DNA of 64,000 bases, from assembly GCF_006345805.1 (NCBI RefSeq), contig NC_043014.1, positions 24,056,001 to 24,120,000 of the forward strand, in the 5' to 3' direction. The position numbers and the translations under genes are program-made. This document shows, in pieces, positions 25,445 through 38,612 of this stretch. The notes under the pieces are model-generated. The model saw nothing but the letters and a program-made list of their open reading frames with translations. It ran no database searches and was not told the DNA's origin. Each line of letters opens with the position of its first letter. Within the stretch, counting starts at the first letter, position 1. The stretch is from Octopus sinensis (Eukaryota).

Positions 25445-26039
25445 TATATATTTACAAAGGCTGGTAACAGATAGAGAGTATAATTGATTGAATTGACCAC
25501 AGTACATACCTGTTGATTATTTTAGCCACCCTTGGAGGAAATGAAATCAAAGTCAAACCCCAGATTACAATGTAGGTGTGTGTAAATATTCTGATACACT
25601 TTTTGAATGGCAGGAATAAAATAACAAGATGTTAAAAGTTGTACTTTGGCCAATATGATCAACTATATCCTTAAAGACACTATAAGATGATGACAGGTCA
25701 GTGACTAAAACCAGAACAAGAGTAAAAGTAATATAAATACATAACTCATTATATGTATGTATGTATTTGTGAGCAGGCATACACATGCACACACACACAC
25801 ATAGGTTAGCTGAGTTAGAGGTTAAAATAACTGTCTGAGGGATAGAAGTATCCATTACACTACCAGTACATTACCTATGTTTAACCATGGCCATACATAT
25901 GCAAGCATATTGTGCTTATAAAATTATAGGTAAAGACAAGGATAAACATGAGTTTATCAACAATCAAAATTTAAAGAAGACAGAAAATAGAAGTATCGAT
26001 GAACAACAATTGAATGATTATTTATCAATTCAATAGAAA

Positions 26040-27058
26040 TAGACTGCATCCCATCTAACAGCTGTTTCTGCTTCCAATGGTGTATGATATTGCCATTGAT
26101 ATGCTAAAAATATTTATCATATTTGGTAATAAAACTGATCTGAAACATGGAACTTCATCAGAGTGAAGAATAAATAAAGAAGAAGAGCATAGAGAAGAAA
26201 AAGGGAAAAGTTGAACATGGCTGTAATCATACCATTTTGTTTGCATATCTCTTTGGGATATTAAGTAAATGATTAATCCTTTGTATGGTGGGGATAGGAT
26301 GGATAAAAAACCAAAAAACCATAGTGGGATACGCCAGTAAGTTTCATTCGGAGAAGGGGTGACAATACATTACAATTTTAGATTAATCATAATAATTTAT
26401 AATACTTATGTTTGTAGTACTAATTAATAGTATTAATCATAATAAAGTGCTAATCAGTGAAGTGTAATTTTTATTTATTTACAAGTAGGTGGTTAAGCCC
26501 TTCCACCTGTTGTCAGAAGTGAGATAGGCCAAGGTCCAACATATGATGTAATTGGTCAGTTGAAATTTAAAAACAAAAGCAAGCTATTGAAACCATTATA
26601 CAGGTTATGATAAATAAATAAATGAATGGGAAAATGGTGTATGTTGTAAGGGGCCCTAAAACACTAAGGATAGTAAATACTAGATTTAAAAAATAGTAAT
26701 AATATTTGGAATAAATATTAAGAGAGGAACCTATTCAGATATTTAGGAAGTAAGGTGGTTGGGTTTGAAAATGGTCCAAAAGATTTTAATAGGAATGTGA
26801 AATTAGTAAATACAATGAAACAAATTTATTCTGTAGGAAAATTAGGGAAATATTTATGGTTAAGGGGAGGTAATAACTAGGGTAAGTGGCGTAAATCAGG
26901 GACTGCTGCTCTGCCATCCAGTACACCTAATCAGTGAGCTGACTAGTCCAAAAAACAGTTAATTTTCCAGCTAATTGGCTAAACATATTTTTAGCATATC
27001 AATGGCAATACCATACAAAACTGGAAGCAGAAACAGCTGTTAGATGGGATGCAGTCTA
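26040..27058. mobile_element. Element with about 73-bp inverted ends and a degenerate hammerhead (PLE-like)
   Basis: 26040-26113 is the reverse complement of about 26985-27058; minus-strand CTGATGA (26161-26155)...GAAAC-AGCT-GTT (26068-26057). Confidence 0.55.
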
Positions 27059-27431
27059 ATGGTTTATAAATAACTTCTGTTACATTTTTAAAGAATTGAC
27101 TGATTCATGATTATCGAAGTTAACTTTTTGGTTAATGGATTAATGGTTAATGAAGTTAACTTCTCAATTAACAGTGCCCACCTTTGGATATATTTATGTT
27201 TGTGTGTTTTTATGTTAGTGCTTGTCTCTCACCGCTGCTTGACTACTGTTGTTGGTTTGTTTATGTTCCTGTAAGTACTGGGGTTGATTTATTCAACTAA
27301 ACCCTTCAAGGTGGCGGCCCCTGCATGGCCACAGTTCATTAACTGAAACAAGTTTTCATAAGTAAGAGCAAAAGTTTAATTCAAGTGCTTTGTTAGGTTG
27401 CTATACTGGATTCAGCTACCTTTGTGGATAT

Positions 27432-28332
27432 CAGGGGGTACCCAAAAGAAACCGGAATTTTGCAATATTATTTTATTCACTTAGTTTTACATGTTTACAT
27501 TTTTATCACCTTCAAAGTATTCTCCATTTGAAGTAATGTATCGGTCCAGAAGCATTTTTCACTATTTGAAGCAGTGTTGGAACTCTTGCAAAGTAATGCC
27601 TTTTAACACCTCTATCATTTTTTCTTCACCTCTTCCACATCTGCAAATCCCATAGCACCAGCTTTCCTCACCAGTGATGACCTTAAAAAAAAAACGTCCA
27701 GATCAATTTCCCACTGTTCTTTCAGTTCATGACATGCATTCAGTTGTGACTGTTTTTGATCATCTGATCAAGACACAGATTTTGCAGCAACTCTTTTCAT
27801 TTGCAATTCCTCACTTAAAATTAGTTGACTGGAGCTCCAGGACACACCAGTCATATCAACAAGTTCATTAATTGTTTGGTGATGGTCCTCCACGATCAGT
27901 TCATAAATTATTTATGAGGTTTTCATTCATTCAGGAGGTCAATGGACACCCTGAACAAGGTTGGTCTTCAAGCAACAAGTGACCATTCTTAATGCATGAA
28001 AACCACTCATAAACTTGTGTTTTGCTCATGGCAGCATCCTTGTAAGCTGTTAGAAGCATGATAACTGTTTTGGCTGCCATTTTCCCCAGCAGAAAGCAGA
28101 TTTTCATGGAAGCATGCTGTTTCTTCATTTCAGCCATTGCAAAAATTGATGAACAGAGGAGAAGCACTGCAAGGCAAAAATGCACCACATGGCAGTTGGA
28201 CTACACTCGACAATGCCGGTTGGCAAACTGATGCCCGAGGGTTGCATCAAATGGCTTCTAGCAGTGGAAGCCTGAACTACAACATGCTTGTTCCACAGAA
28301 AACATTTCTGGTTACTTTTGGATACACCCTCG
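27432..28332 (-). mobile_element. Internally deleted mariner transposon
   Basis: Imperfect TIRs (GGGGTACCCAAAAGAAACCGGAA / TTCTGGTTACTTTTGGATACACCCTCG); ORF 27931..28188 with the mariner HTH AYKDAAMSKTQVYEWF. Confidence 0.8.
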
Positions 28333-28741
28333 TGTACATATTGAAGCTATTCACTAAACTTATTAACCTTGGATAGATTGGCAATCATTAGTGGTACTAG
28401 TAACATTCAGTAAGTATGGAACTCATTTTTTCCTATGTTTACATCCAGGTAATTTTAGTAAATAAGTCTCCATGGTCCTTCAAGAATTCTGTTTTTCAAA
28501 TTAGTTTTTGGCTTTTAGATTATCTAGGGAAGGCTTTGCACTCCTTTCAGCTTCTTGTTGCCATGTAGCTTGTCTAAATAGAATATCTAATCCCTCCTAG
28601 TTGGTACTTAACCAAACCGTCTTCAATTATAGACTCTCTCACTGTCTCCATGTGAGCACCTTACTATTTCAAGAAAATTTGAATAGATTCTTGCAGATAT
28701 CTGGAGTTCTATAGATGTAGTATGTTCCTTAAGATATACAT

Positions 28742-28925
28742 TGACATCATTGTTTAACATCTGTTTTCCATGCTGGCATGGGTTAGATGGTTTGACTGAG
28801 ACTGGTAAGCTGCAGAGCTGCACCAGGCTCCAGTCATCTGTTTTGGCTTGGTTTCTATGGCTAGATGCCCTTCCTAACACCAACCACTTTACAGAGTATA
28901 CTGGGTATTTTTTACGTGTCACCAG
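28742..28925 (-). mobile_element. RTE LINE 3' tail fragment
   Basis: Matches the terminal GATGCCCTTCCTAAC...CATGCTGGCATGGG sequence of the other RTE tails. Confidence 0.7.
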
Positions 28926-29266
28926 TAGCAGCAACCTGTTTATATATATATGGGACATTGCAAATGCTATGCACACAAACTAGCATTTGCCAATATATTA
29001 TAGCTAGTGTATCCAGAGAAACATCATTTAACAACAACTTTATAGCTACTAATTCACATTACTGTATCAACCCATTTTATTTTCTATTGCTATTACAACA
29101 GTTCTTTGTGTATTTACATTTTATTGAGCAAATTTATTTTTTGTAGTTTACTAAAAGCTACCCTAAAATATTTAATAGATTTTATTCAAGATTTAAGAAC
29201 TACAGAAACAACAACAACAAAAAATGGAATTTTCATATTGAATTAAGAAGTTTAAATATTACTTAC

Positions 29267-29347
29267 AAATTTACAACCAGATAATTTCACACAACTCAAA
29301 AGACGACAGCAGAAAGCTAAATTCTTTATAGCAACATCTGTAATTTG
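29267..29347 (-). CDS. FBXL13: FBXL13 coding exon (QITDVAIKNLAFCCRLLSCVKLSGCKF)
   Basis: TAG acceptor, GTAAGT donor; 81 nt, phase 0-0. Confidence 0.92.
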
Positions 29348-30659
29348 CTACAGGAAATGTAAAAGTGGATATTATTAACAAGTGCACATTAGATATTTTA
29401 TATTACATATTCCTCTCTATTGTGTTTATGTAGTTATATTATTATCTTAAAAGATTTAATTAATGTAAATTTAAAAATATATAAAGCAGGCATGGCTAAG
29501 TGGTTAAGAAGCTCACTTTACAATCATTAGTTGTCAAGATCAATCCCACATTGTGAGACCTATGGTAAGTGTCATGATAGCCTTTGGTTGATTTAAACAT
29601 TGCGAAGACACTGGCTAGTTGGAAACATTATTAGAACATTTAAATACAAAGAAACAAGAAGAAAGAGAGATAAGAATGGAAAAAATAGAAAAAGTGAGAC
29701 AAATGGTGGGCTGAGGCAGTGAAAGATGGAAGGGGAGAGAACGATGGGCCACATACCCCAGAACAAATAGTGTGCTCAGCTGCTCTCTGCACTAATGACT
29801 ACAATGGCATTGCCATGGAGAATGGCCAGCAACACTTGCTGCAGTGGTTACTCCACCTCATGGGCCTCATTTCTCCAACAGGCTGCCATTATCCCTATTT
29901 TTCAGAGTAAATTGGTAGTATGGGGTCCTAAAATACCTGATGCCTCAATGACAAACAACACAAACTGATAGCAGCCAAAACTGTTTGCAAGTTGATCACA
30001 TGGACAATACCTGTAAACCAAAACACAGCTTTGTAACATGTTGTCATGCTGATACTACCTGAGAATTAATTTAAGAGTACACATATTTGTGGATTAGTCA
30101 AGCATTTACACTATAAAAAATGATGGACTTTACTTGTAACACAGATAGAGTCTATCGGGATAGCCTAGTCCCAAGCTGTCATGTTGGTTCTGCCAAACCT
30201 TAGTTCAAAAGCAAGGATTGGTAGTAGGAAGAGCATTTGACTGTAAAATCTTGTCTAATCCATGCTTGCTTGGAAAAAATGGATGTCAAACAAATTATTA
30301 ATTGAACGAACATATGTATTTATGTAGAAGTGAATGCATGGTTGTGTATGTGTGTGAGTGTGTGGGTGTGCTTGTGAAGCATAAAATTGTTCAACAGAAC
30401 TTTATGTTACATGCAACTTTATATTGTTTATATATTCATTTACACAAGATAAACTGAACTATGATTTTATTAGATTGGTCCTTTAGGTCACTGTACATGT
30501 CAGATCTCATGTAAATTAACGCACATGAAAATCCCAACCATAACACTCAGAGGACAACTCCAGATTTGTACCATTTATAGAATATTGTCAAATTGTTGTT
30601 ATCTCAACCTGATTTGAGATATTGAGTCAACATATAAAAGAATGTGAAGGACAATTTAC

Positions 30660-30797
30660 CAGACAGTGTGAAAGATCAATCTGCTCCAAGCCTGGACATT
30701 GCTTAGCAAACTTCTGGAGCCCTAAATCTGTAATATTAGTACACTGGGAAATGTTGATATTCTTCATCCTTGCTCTTTTTCCAATTGCGGAAATACT
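30660..30797 (-). CDS. FBXL13: FBXL13 coding exon (SISAIGKRARMKNINISQCTNITDLGLQKFAKQCPGLEQIDLSHCL)
   Basis: CAG acceptor, GTAAAT donor; 138 nt, phase 0-0; lies inside ORF 30627..30842. Confidence 0.92.
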
Positions 30798-31331
30798 CTG
30801 ATAAAATAAAGAGAAAACAAACATAGTTAAAAAACCCAACAAATAGTCCTCTGTTGTTTTTGTTTTCTTTGGTGGATGTGAAGTAGTAACAATTATAAAG
30901 TGTGTAGAATGGAAAATCTTTTATTTAGTCTGTGATTGTTTAGAACCAAGTCAGCTCTAATTGAGCAGCTCGATGATTAAAGGTAGTTCAGCTGTGAGTA
31001 ATGTATCTCATTTTTAGAAAAAGAGTATCTAAAATTATTTCATGTATCATTAACAAAAAAATAAATGTTACACAATCTGTGTCATATAATAATATGAATA
31101 CAAAAGATGTGTCACTTCTCATGCCACACAACCGATATAAATTGATGTTACATTCTCTATGTCACACTAAAATCTTCTGTTATAAAAGAGAAACTGATCT
31201 CCACCTGTCTGTCCATAACAACATGTATATAGAGGGAGGGAAGAAGGGGAGTAATTAAAAGGGGAGATAGTCCTTGTCACAACATATATCTAGAACAGGA
31301 GGAGAAAAGTTGTTGTTGAGAGAGAAATATA

Positions 31332-31362
<31 letters not shown>

Positions 31363-32027
31363 TGTGTGTGTGTGAAAGATAGATAGATAAGTAGTACAGT
31401 CACCATAGTAACTAACAAGTTTTGATTAAAAACATGGGAATTTTAAGTGGAAGTGCGTCAACTAAATGTATACAAATAATACACATAGTTACTTTTTGAG
31501 TTGTGTGTGTGTGTGTGTGTGCATGTCTTTGAACATATAGACAACACAAACACAGACTTTAAAAAAGCACTTTCACTATGATGACAGGTTGTTGTTGAGA
31601 GAGAAATATAGTGGGAAAGAGTGAGTGCATGTGAAAGATGGAATTAAAATTTGTATTAAAGCATGTTGTTGCTGAGTATATTAATGTTATTAATATGAAG
31701 GACCTAATTCATCTTGACTAGGTCATTACCCAGTAGTGTAGCGACAGGTTATGACTAGTAGAACTAGGTTACACATATCCTCTGTCATATTACAATATAA
31801 ATATATTAAATGTGTTACACTATATATCCTTTATCACAAATTGATAAAAACAGAAAAGTTATGCTACTAACTTAGACCTATTTAACATACCATATAACAG
31901 AAAACCTATCTAACTTTGAATAAGAGTAGTGTAGTGATATTTATTCATTTTTTTCTGCCTTTTATTCTTTCCTTCACTTGTTCACGTGCTCTTTCATACA
32001 AGATAAATTTCACATTTAAACAAATAC

Positions 32028-32154
32028 CTGATCTGAACAAGAACTACCAGAAATGTCCAGTGAAATTAGATTTGGTGCCTGCCCCAATGCTTCCAGACTG
32101 GATTCACTGATGTTATCACAAAAGCTCAGACTAAGGTAAGTCAGATTCTGTAAT
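32028..32154 (-). CDS. FBXL13: FBXL13 coding exon (LQNLTYLSLSFCDNISESSLEALGQAPNLISLDISGSSCSDQ)
   Basis: TAG acceptor, GT donor at 32027-32026; 127 nt, phase 2 to 0. Confidence 0.92.
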
Positions 32155-33199
32155 CTACAGAAATAGATTGATTAAATATATACATGCAAGCATATAGATT
32201 TACAAAGATTTGAGTAATTATAGTTGTCATCTGTTTGTAGCAGGTATGTGTGTAGGTATGTTGGAATGTAGATATACAGGGAGACAGATATATATTATTC
32301 CAGGGGTTAACTTAGAATAAAGTACTCAAAAATAAGTCTGAAAGTAGACAAAAAAAATATTTAATTTATAATTGTTAAGATGATTATGGATATATATATT
32401 GATACGACTGCACAAAAAAAAAATGAAGACGAACAAAAAAAAATAACATTACGTCCCTTTTTCCATTAGCTGGGATCAAAATGGTGTTTAGGTCAGTGGT
32501 ATTTCCTTTGTCCTGTCAAGGAGCATGGTTGTTTATGGCCGTAGGCACTTGACCTCTGGCCCTCTACGGTCACAGAGAGTTTAAAGAAGACAAAGTTTTG
32601 GAAAGGGAAATACGCACTGTTACGTACGGTATGTCTCTCTTTCTGGCTGGATGGCCTCATATATATGGGTAGCACTGAGTTGCGAGGCAGTCAGAGAAAG
32701 ACTGGCACATAAAAGCCCCCACTACACTCTCAGAGTGGTTGGCTGTTGCTTTTATTGAACTCATAAAGCAAAATATGCTGAATATGCTCCTTTGTCACTT
32801 CATTATAGCTTTGACAAAATAACTGTTAAACTCGAACTGCACTCTTCAAAACATGCACTAAGAATAAGGACAAGGTAAAATTACTACCTGCTTTTATAGC
32901 AAGTTGATGCAGGTAGGTTATCCCATTCCCCTCTGACTTTTAGTTAATGCAATTAAAAAAACAGCATTATTCATGGGATGACCAAATATTTCTTTTTCAA
33001 ACTTTGGTAGAATCTACAAACAGAATTTAATGTTTTATGAACATGTGTTTTCAAACTGATCACTGCTCTGGTCCAGGCACTGCTGGTAATGTAAAGCAAT
33101 AGAATTGCAAGCACAAAGAAACATTTTGTTAGCTATTTGTGCACATTCTCAATCAATGGCTGTTCTCATTTAATTGATTGTTGCTGGTTTTGTACAATA

Positions 33200-34149
33200 A
33201 ACATTAAAAAGTCAAGCAGTGTGAGGTCCGGGGAAGGCAGATCATATTCTAGTGAACTTATTCATTGAATCCACCTGTTTCACAAAATCTTGTCATGGAT
33301 GGCCCTTATTTACTATGGTAGTGTTGGGGTACTTCATCTTGCTGGTAATAAAATTCTACATCTTCAAAGTCCTCATGAATACTTGGTATGAGATTGTTGC
33401 AGCATGTTCAATAAAATGGGGTGTGATCGTTGCCAGTGCTGTCAAAAGTGAATGGTCCAGTTAAGCCATTTAATGATAAGCTGCACCATACTGTAACTCC
33501 AGGTAAATTAACATGATGACTCTCCACAATATGCAACAGGTGCAATTGTGGCAGTTAATTAAGCCATTTAATTTATATTTAGACTCTTCAATCCAAACAA
33601 TCTTTGTTGGAAAGTATACATCTTTTCTACATCTTGCCAAGTACCACTCACAAAACTCCATTCTTTGGTCCAGATCATCTTCATTGACTATTCTTAAAAT
33701 ATAACTTATTCTCTGGCAGCACTTCAAAATGCAATGTACATTTAATTTTAAAATTCCTATCTCATGACTTTCTTGCTACACAGATTTACTTGAACTCTGG
33801 CCAATATGTTTCTAGTATCTTTTCTTACTTTGCAGAGCTTGTTATTGTCTGTGGTCTTTTGGAACATTTCTTGTGCATATTCTGAACAGTTCCATCTGCT
33901 TCAAACTAATCTCTAATGCAAGTGATGGTGAATCGTGTAAGTGGCTCTGTTGAAACTCCCGTCTAAAGTGTGCTAGTACTTTGATTGATGTGGTTCAAAA
34001 CCTCCAGTAGCACTTTAGGACAAATTTCCTTTGTTCAAAGCTTAGTCTAGTTTCCATTCTTTATTTCTAAAGGGTTAAGTCTAAAAATAAATGAAAATCA
34101 AGTGGATTATCAGTAATTAAAATGTGCATACACTTTCTGGGACACCCTC
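33200..34149 (-). mobile_element. Degraded Tc1/mariner-superfamily transposon
   Basis: ORF 33470..33727 (EDDLDQRMEFCEW...[20 protein letters not shown]); terminus ...CACTTTCTGGGACACCCT at about 34130-34148; left end not defined. Confidence 0.65.
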
Positions 34150-34155
34150 TCTCTC

Positions 34156-34186
<31 letters not shown>

Positions 34187-34497
34187 ATATATATATATAT
34201 GCAATGGGCTTCCAACAGTTTCTATTGATCAAACCAAGATACCTATCCAAGGAGGTATGCAGTGGGACTAAACCCAAAACCCAGTGGTTATGGAGTGAAC
34301 TTCTTAACTACACAAACATATGTGTATGTGGGTACATGTGTGCACGTGTGTGTGTTTGCATGTGTGTGTATGAAGATGTGTGTTTGCAGGCAAATACTGA
34401 AACTCACTGAAGCAGGCAGATACACAAACTAACATAGTTGAAAACGGTTATATTATTTTCAATTTCTATTGAACAAAATAGAAATTCTTTGACTCAC

Positions 34498-34617
34498 TTT
34501 TTAGAAATGATGATCAAAGACATATCACCCAGATGCACACAGTTTGATAGATTCAATTCACGTAACTTAATGGCACAGATCCCATCAGAAAAACTTCGAA
34601 TCCCAGCATCTGTAATG
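34498..34617 (-). CDS. FBXL13: FBXL13 coding exon (ITDAGIRSFSDGICAIKLRELNLSNCVHLGDMSLIIISK)
   Basis: TAG acceptor, GTGAGT donor; 120 nt, phase 2-2. Confidence 0.92.
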
Positions 34618-35778
34618 CTAGATATTTTAAAAACTTATTTCATTTGACAAGATAACCATGAGTATGAATAAACTGTTAACATTTTAGTGTAAATGAAATT
34701 ATGCTTTATGAGCTGTAGTTGGAGACAGAAAAGAATAACTACCCAAACAAAGGTAATAGTAAAACTTGAACCACAAACCCATTGCTTGCTAGGTGTTTAC
34801 ATTAGTGATCACATTGCACAGCACTTTCTGTTTCCTCTTCCCAAATTATATGCTATTAATTATTTCTTGAATTCATTTATCTCTTTTCAGCCACTTAATA
34901 CCATCAGGATAGGTTGTTCAACAAATGTCCATTACAGTGAAGCATTCTATCTCAGTTTGGTGTTTACATGACAATTAATCCATAAATCAAACTATAGATT
35001 AATTGCTAACACTTTGATATAAATGTTATTAGAAATTATAGGAACAATTTTAATGGTAGGCACATTATGCTACCAATTTTAATATTACCTCCTGCCCTAT
35101 TGGTGCAAGCATTCAGAGCTGGTCCACAGTTAGGTGTTTACCACAATCATGATAACAGCCTGCCATAGTGTTGTAGAGTGTAGGATGTTGATACACTGTA
35201 CCTAAATGTTTCTGTCAAAAAATAACACTAAACCCACAAGACAAAATTTTCCTCATCTTCTCTAATATCTTTGGACTCTGATCCAACCTGTAACACATAT
35301 ACTGCCACTTATTGAATTACACATTCTATTCTTCTCTCATCTGTAGCCCTTTTTTGCTCTTCAGACTACTCAAAATTCACTTTGAAAAATTGTTTTCTGT
35401 ACATGCATATAATATATAGATTCTTCTGTCCCTACTATTCACTTTTTCCTTCTGAATATCAGCATGAAGGACTACTAGTCTCCTTACCCAACTCTTGGTA
35501 CATCTACTTTCACTTCTGCTTTCCGACCGTCTCCAAACATCACGATCCCTTCAATTATATCTCTTCTTACATTGAAACAAGTCATTTACCTTGGTGACTC
35601 TGGTGTTCAGACCTCTTCTTAACTCTCACTCTCATCTGATACAGATTCCCACCTTGCAGAAACTGAATCCTTTGCAATTCACAACTCTCTACAACAGTTG
35701 TTACTACTCCTCAAAGCTGGCTGGTCTTAGGTGATCTCCACTTGGGCACTCCTAACTCACTCATTTCTCCTCCTCTTA

Positions 35779-36591
35779 TCTATATATATAAAACTCAACT
35801 TGTGTATATCTGTGTTTTTAACTTCCCGGCACATCTCCTCCCAGCCAACAAATCGTAGACCCACCAAAAATGGGTCACTTAAAGTTTAGGCGAATGAAAA
35901 TTGAACTACGCTATTTCTGTTCTGAAATTCATCTCGCAAGTGCAAAAATCAATAATGTGTTTGTTTAGGCCTTATCCCATGCATTGAATAGTGAACTTTA
36001 CTCAGTCAGCTGTTTGACGTGAACTGTGTTCACCATGCGTGCAAGCATGCGTAAATTGCATGAAAAATAAAAAATCCAAGATATAAAAACGAATCGCTGT
36101 AAACATTGTAGAAATTCGGCAAAGAAATGAATTTTCGGGATGTAGCCTGGAGGGTTTTTTCGTATTAATCATTTGGACTTTGTGAACACATACCAATTGT
36201 TTTCATAATTTTTAACGCTTTGAATTAAATGTGACCATTTTGCATTGAGTCTGCAGTTTCAATCACTTTAATCAAATTTTAGCAGGCCAGATTTTTGATC
36301 ATCACGATATATCGCCAGCGACTCCCTGAAACTCTTCCCTGAAATCCCCGTTGAGAAATACTGATCTAAAAGAATAATTCAACAATGCAATTATTTGATC
36401 AACAAAAATTTATGAAACGCTTCTACGTACTTCCTATTGAGGAAATGGAACACATAAGCGCAAAAATAGAGGGCATTAAATGCTTGATTTTAAAACCAAA
36501 ATAATTGAATTTTGATTGAACTTCATCCAAGTTTAGCTTGATTCGCGCGTGCATAGAACGCACGAGCGCACAAGCCAGGCAATACTGCTAG
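35779..36591 (+). mobile_element. Non-autonomous Helitron
   Basis: A|TCTATATATATAAAA 5' end, CTAG|T 3' end, GC-rich subterminal hairpin CGTGC...GCACG (36548-36564), no TSD. Confidence 0.7.
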
Positions 36592-37112
36592 TCATATATA
36601 TTTTCAAACTGGGTTAGTCCTTCCCTCTATTTCCTTGTCCTTCTTCCTCTAGAATTCCCTCCTTGCCAACAGTTTTTCCTATAGTCATCAACTTACAACA
36701 GTTAGAAAAGAATGTTAATTGCATCATCTAACAGGTTTTGGAAAAATCTGCAATTACCATGACCACAGCCAATAAAAACAATTTGATAGAACAGCTGATC
36801 CAGTGATGGGTATCAAATCACATATCTATCACTTGTTGAGTAACTACATTCCTAATTACACTACAGTGCTCTTGGTATTCCCTCTTCTCAAATCAACTAA
36901 ACTAAACCTTCAGCCTGCCAAAGATCTCCAAGTTTTCAACTTACCTCCAGTTGACCTGATGATATGGTAGAAAACCAATAGCCAAAGTGCTATACAGTGA
37001 GATTGAACTTGAAACCATGGAGTTGTGAAACAAACTTCCTAATCAGATGCCCATATCTATTCTCATGATTTGAACACAGCACTAGAAACTATAAATTAGA
37101 TTTTATACTTAC

Positions 37113-37275
37113 TTTATACATTCAGCAAGGTTAAGAATGGTTAGTTGCTTGCAAGTTGCTAAATATCGAAGACATATATCTGTTAGTCTCTGGCAATCTG
37201 CTAAATAGATATGGCTCACATTGGGACACATTCGGCTTAGCAGTTTGATAGACATGTCAGAGATACGATTGTTAC
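37113..37275 (-). CDS. FBXL13: FBXL13 coding exon (NNRISDMSIKLLSRMCPNVSHIYLADCQRLTDICLRYLATCKQLTILNLAECI)
   Basis: TAG acceptor, GTAAGT donor; 163 nt, phase 1 to 2. Confidence 0.92.
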
Positions 37276-37954
37276 CTATAATAGATGAGTTATCATTTTA
37301 GAAGAGAATCACATGCATACAATATGTTCAACCTTACATTTATCTACACTTACACTCACATGTATAAACAGAAATAAGCCAAGGAAAGAACCTTTAGGTG
37401 ATAGCCTCAAATCATATCATGATACTGTCTTCTAAACAGGAATGGAGGAGATGTATTAAATAATGTAGTCCTGCATGCAGAATCTCTGAAAAATGAGGGT
37501 GGTCATGGCTAGAATATTTTTGAATAATAATAGGTTCATTCAGTTAGGACTGATTGTAGCTAAGCAACAACAGCACACACACACACACACACACACATTT
37601 ATATGGAGAAATGGTGACAGGTATTACACTATCAACTTATAAATGGTGAATTCATATTAGAACATTCCTGTTTTAGATGAATTAGACTTGTTGATTACTT
37701 CTTAGTTTGAGCAAGTGATAATGTGAGGCACAACAACCTTATTCACACACACACAACTATTCATTTTCTTCCCATTCTTTCAAACACAATAATTGAGTAG
37801 AACTTAGAAAGAAAAGGAAATTGAAATTATTATACATGATGATGATGATGATGATGATGATGTTGTTGTTTAGCTCCAGATTAGTTATGCTAAAGCAATT
37901 GTATGATTAAAAACATTCCAGGTACGACCATTGCCTTTTTTTTTATCAGATAAA

Positions 37955-38612
37955 TGAGGTGGTATCAAAAGGTTCCCAGACAAGTTATGTTTAATAAAAC
38001 ATAACTTAGTTACCTAAGTTTTAGCATCATATCCCATGAAATAGTCACCATGCACAGCAATAAGCATTCCTGCCAATTTTGGAATCTAGCCTGGAAGTTG
38101 TTTTCCATAAGCAAGTTGAGGACTTTCTGTGATTTGCTCTTGATCTTGAGAACAGTGGTAAAACGGCAACCTTTGAGTTGCATTTTCATCTTTGGTAAGA
38201 GATGGAAGTCTGAGGCACTAAATCCGACAAACAGAGTGGGTGTGGAAGTGATGCCATGTTGTTTTTGGCAAGAAACTCGTGAGTGAGGAGAGCTTGATGA
38301 CAGAGTGCATTGTCGTTGTGAAGAATCCAATTCTCTGCACTCCACAGATCCAGTCCTTCCTCAAATGCTTCAAAATGTTGCAGCAAAATTGATTGTCTGG
38401 CCCAGAGGGACAAATTGTCAATGCACAAAACTACATTTCCAGTGGCTGATGTTTGTGGCAAGTCTTCTAGGGACATTCTTCCACTTTTGAAGTACCAGTG
38501 CCACTCGAAACATTGCATACAACCAATTGTCTCATCACTGTAAGCTTGCTGAAGTATGCTCAATGTTTCTGTAGCATTCTTCTCAAATTTAATGCAAAAT
38601 TTCACATTGGCT
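37955..38612 (-). mobile_element. Degraded mariner transposon fragment
   Basis: QRANVKFCIKFEKNATETL, WILHNDNALCH and DFHLLPKMK motifs in ORFs 38010-38845. Confidence 0.8.

Noticed and set aside
31309-31612. 25-bp direct repeat GTTGTTGTTGAGAGAGAAATATAGT at about 31309 and 31588
   Set aside because: Low-complexity local duplication among microsatellites, with no element structure
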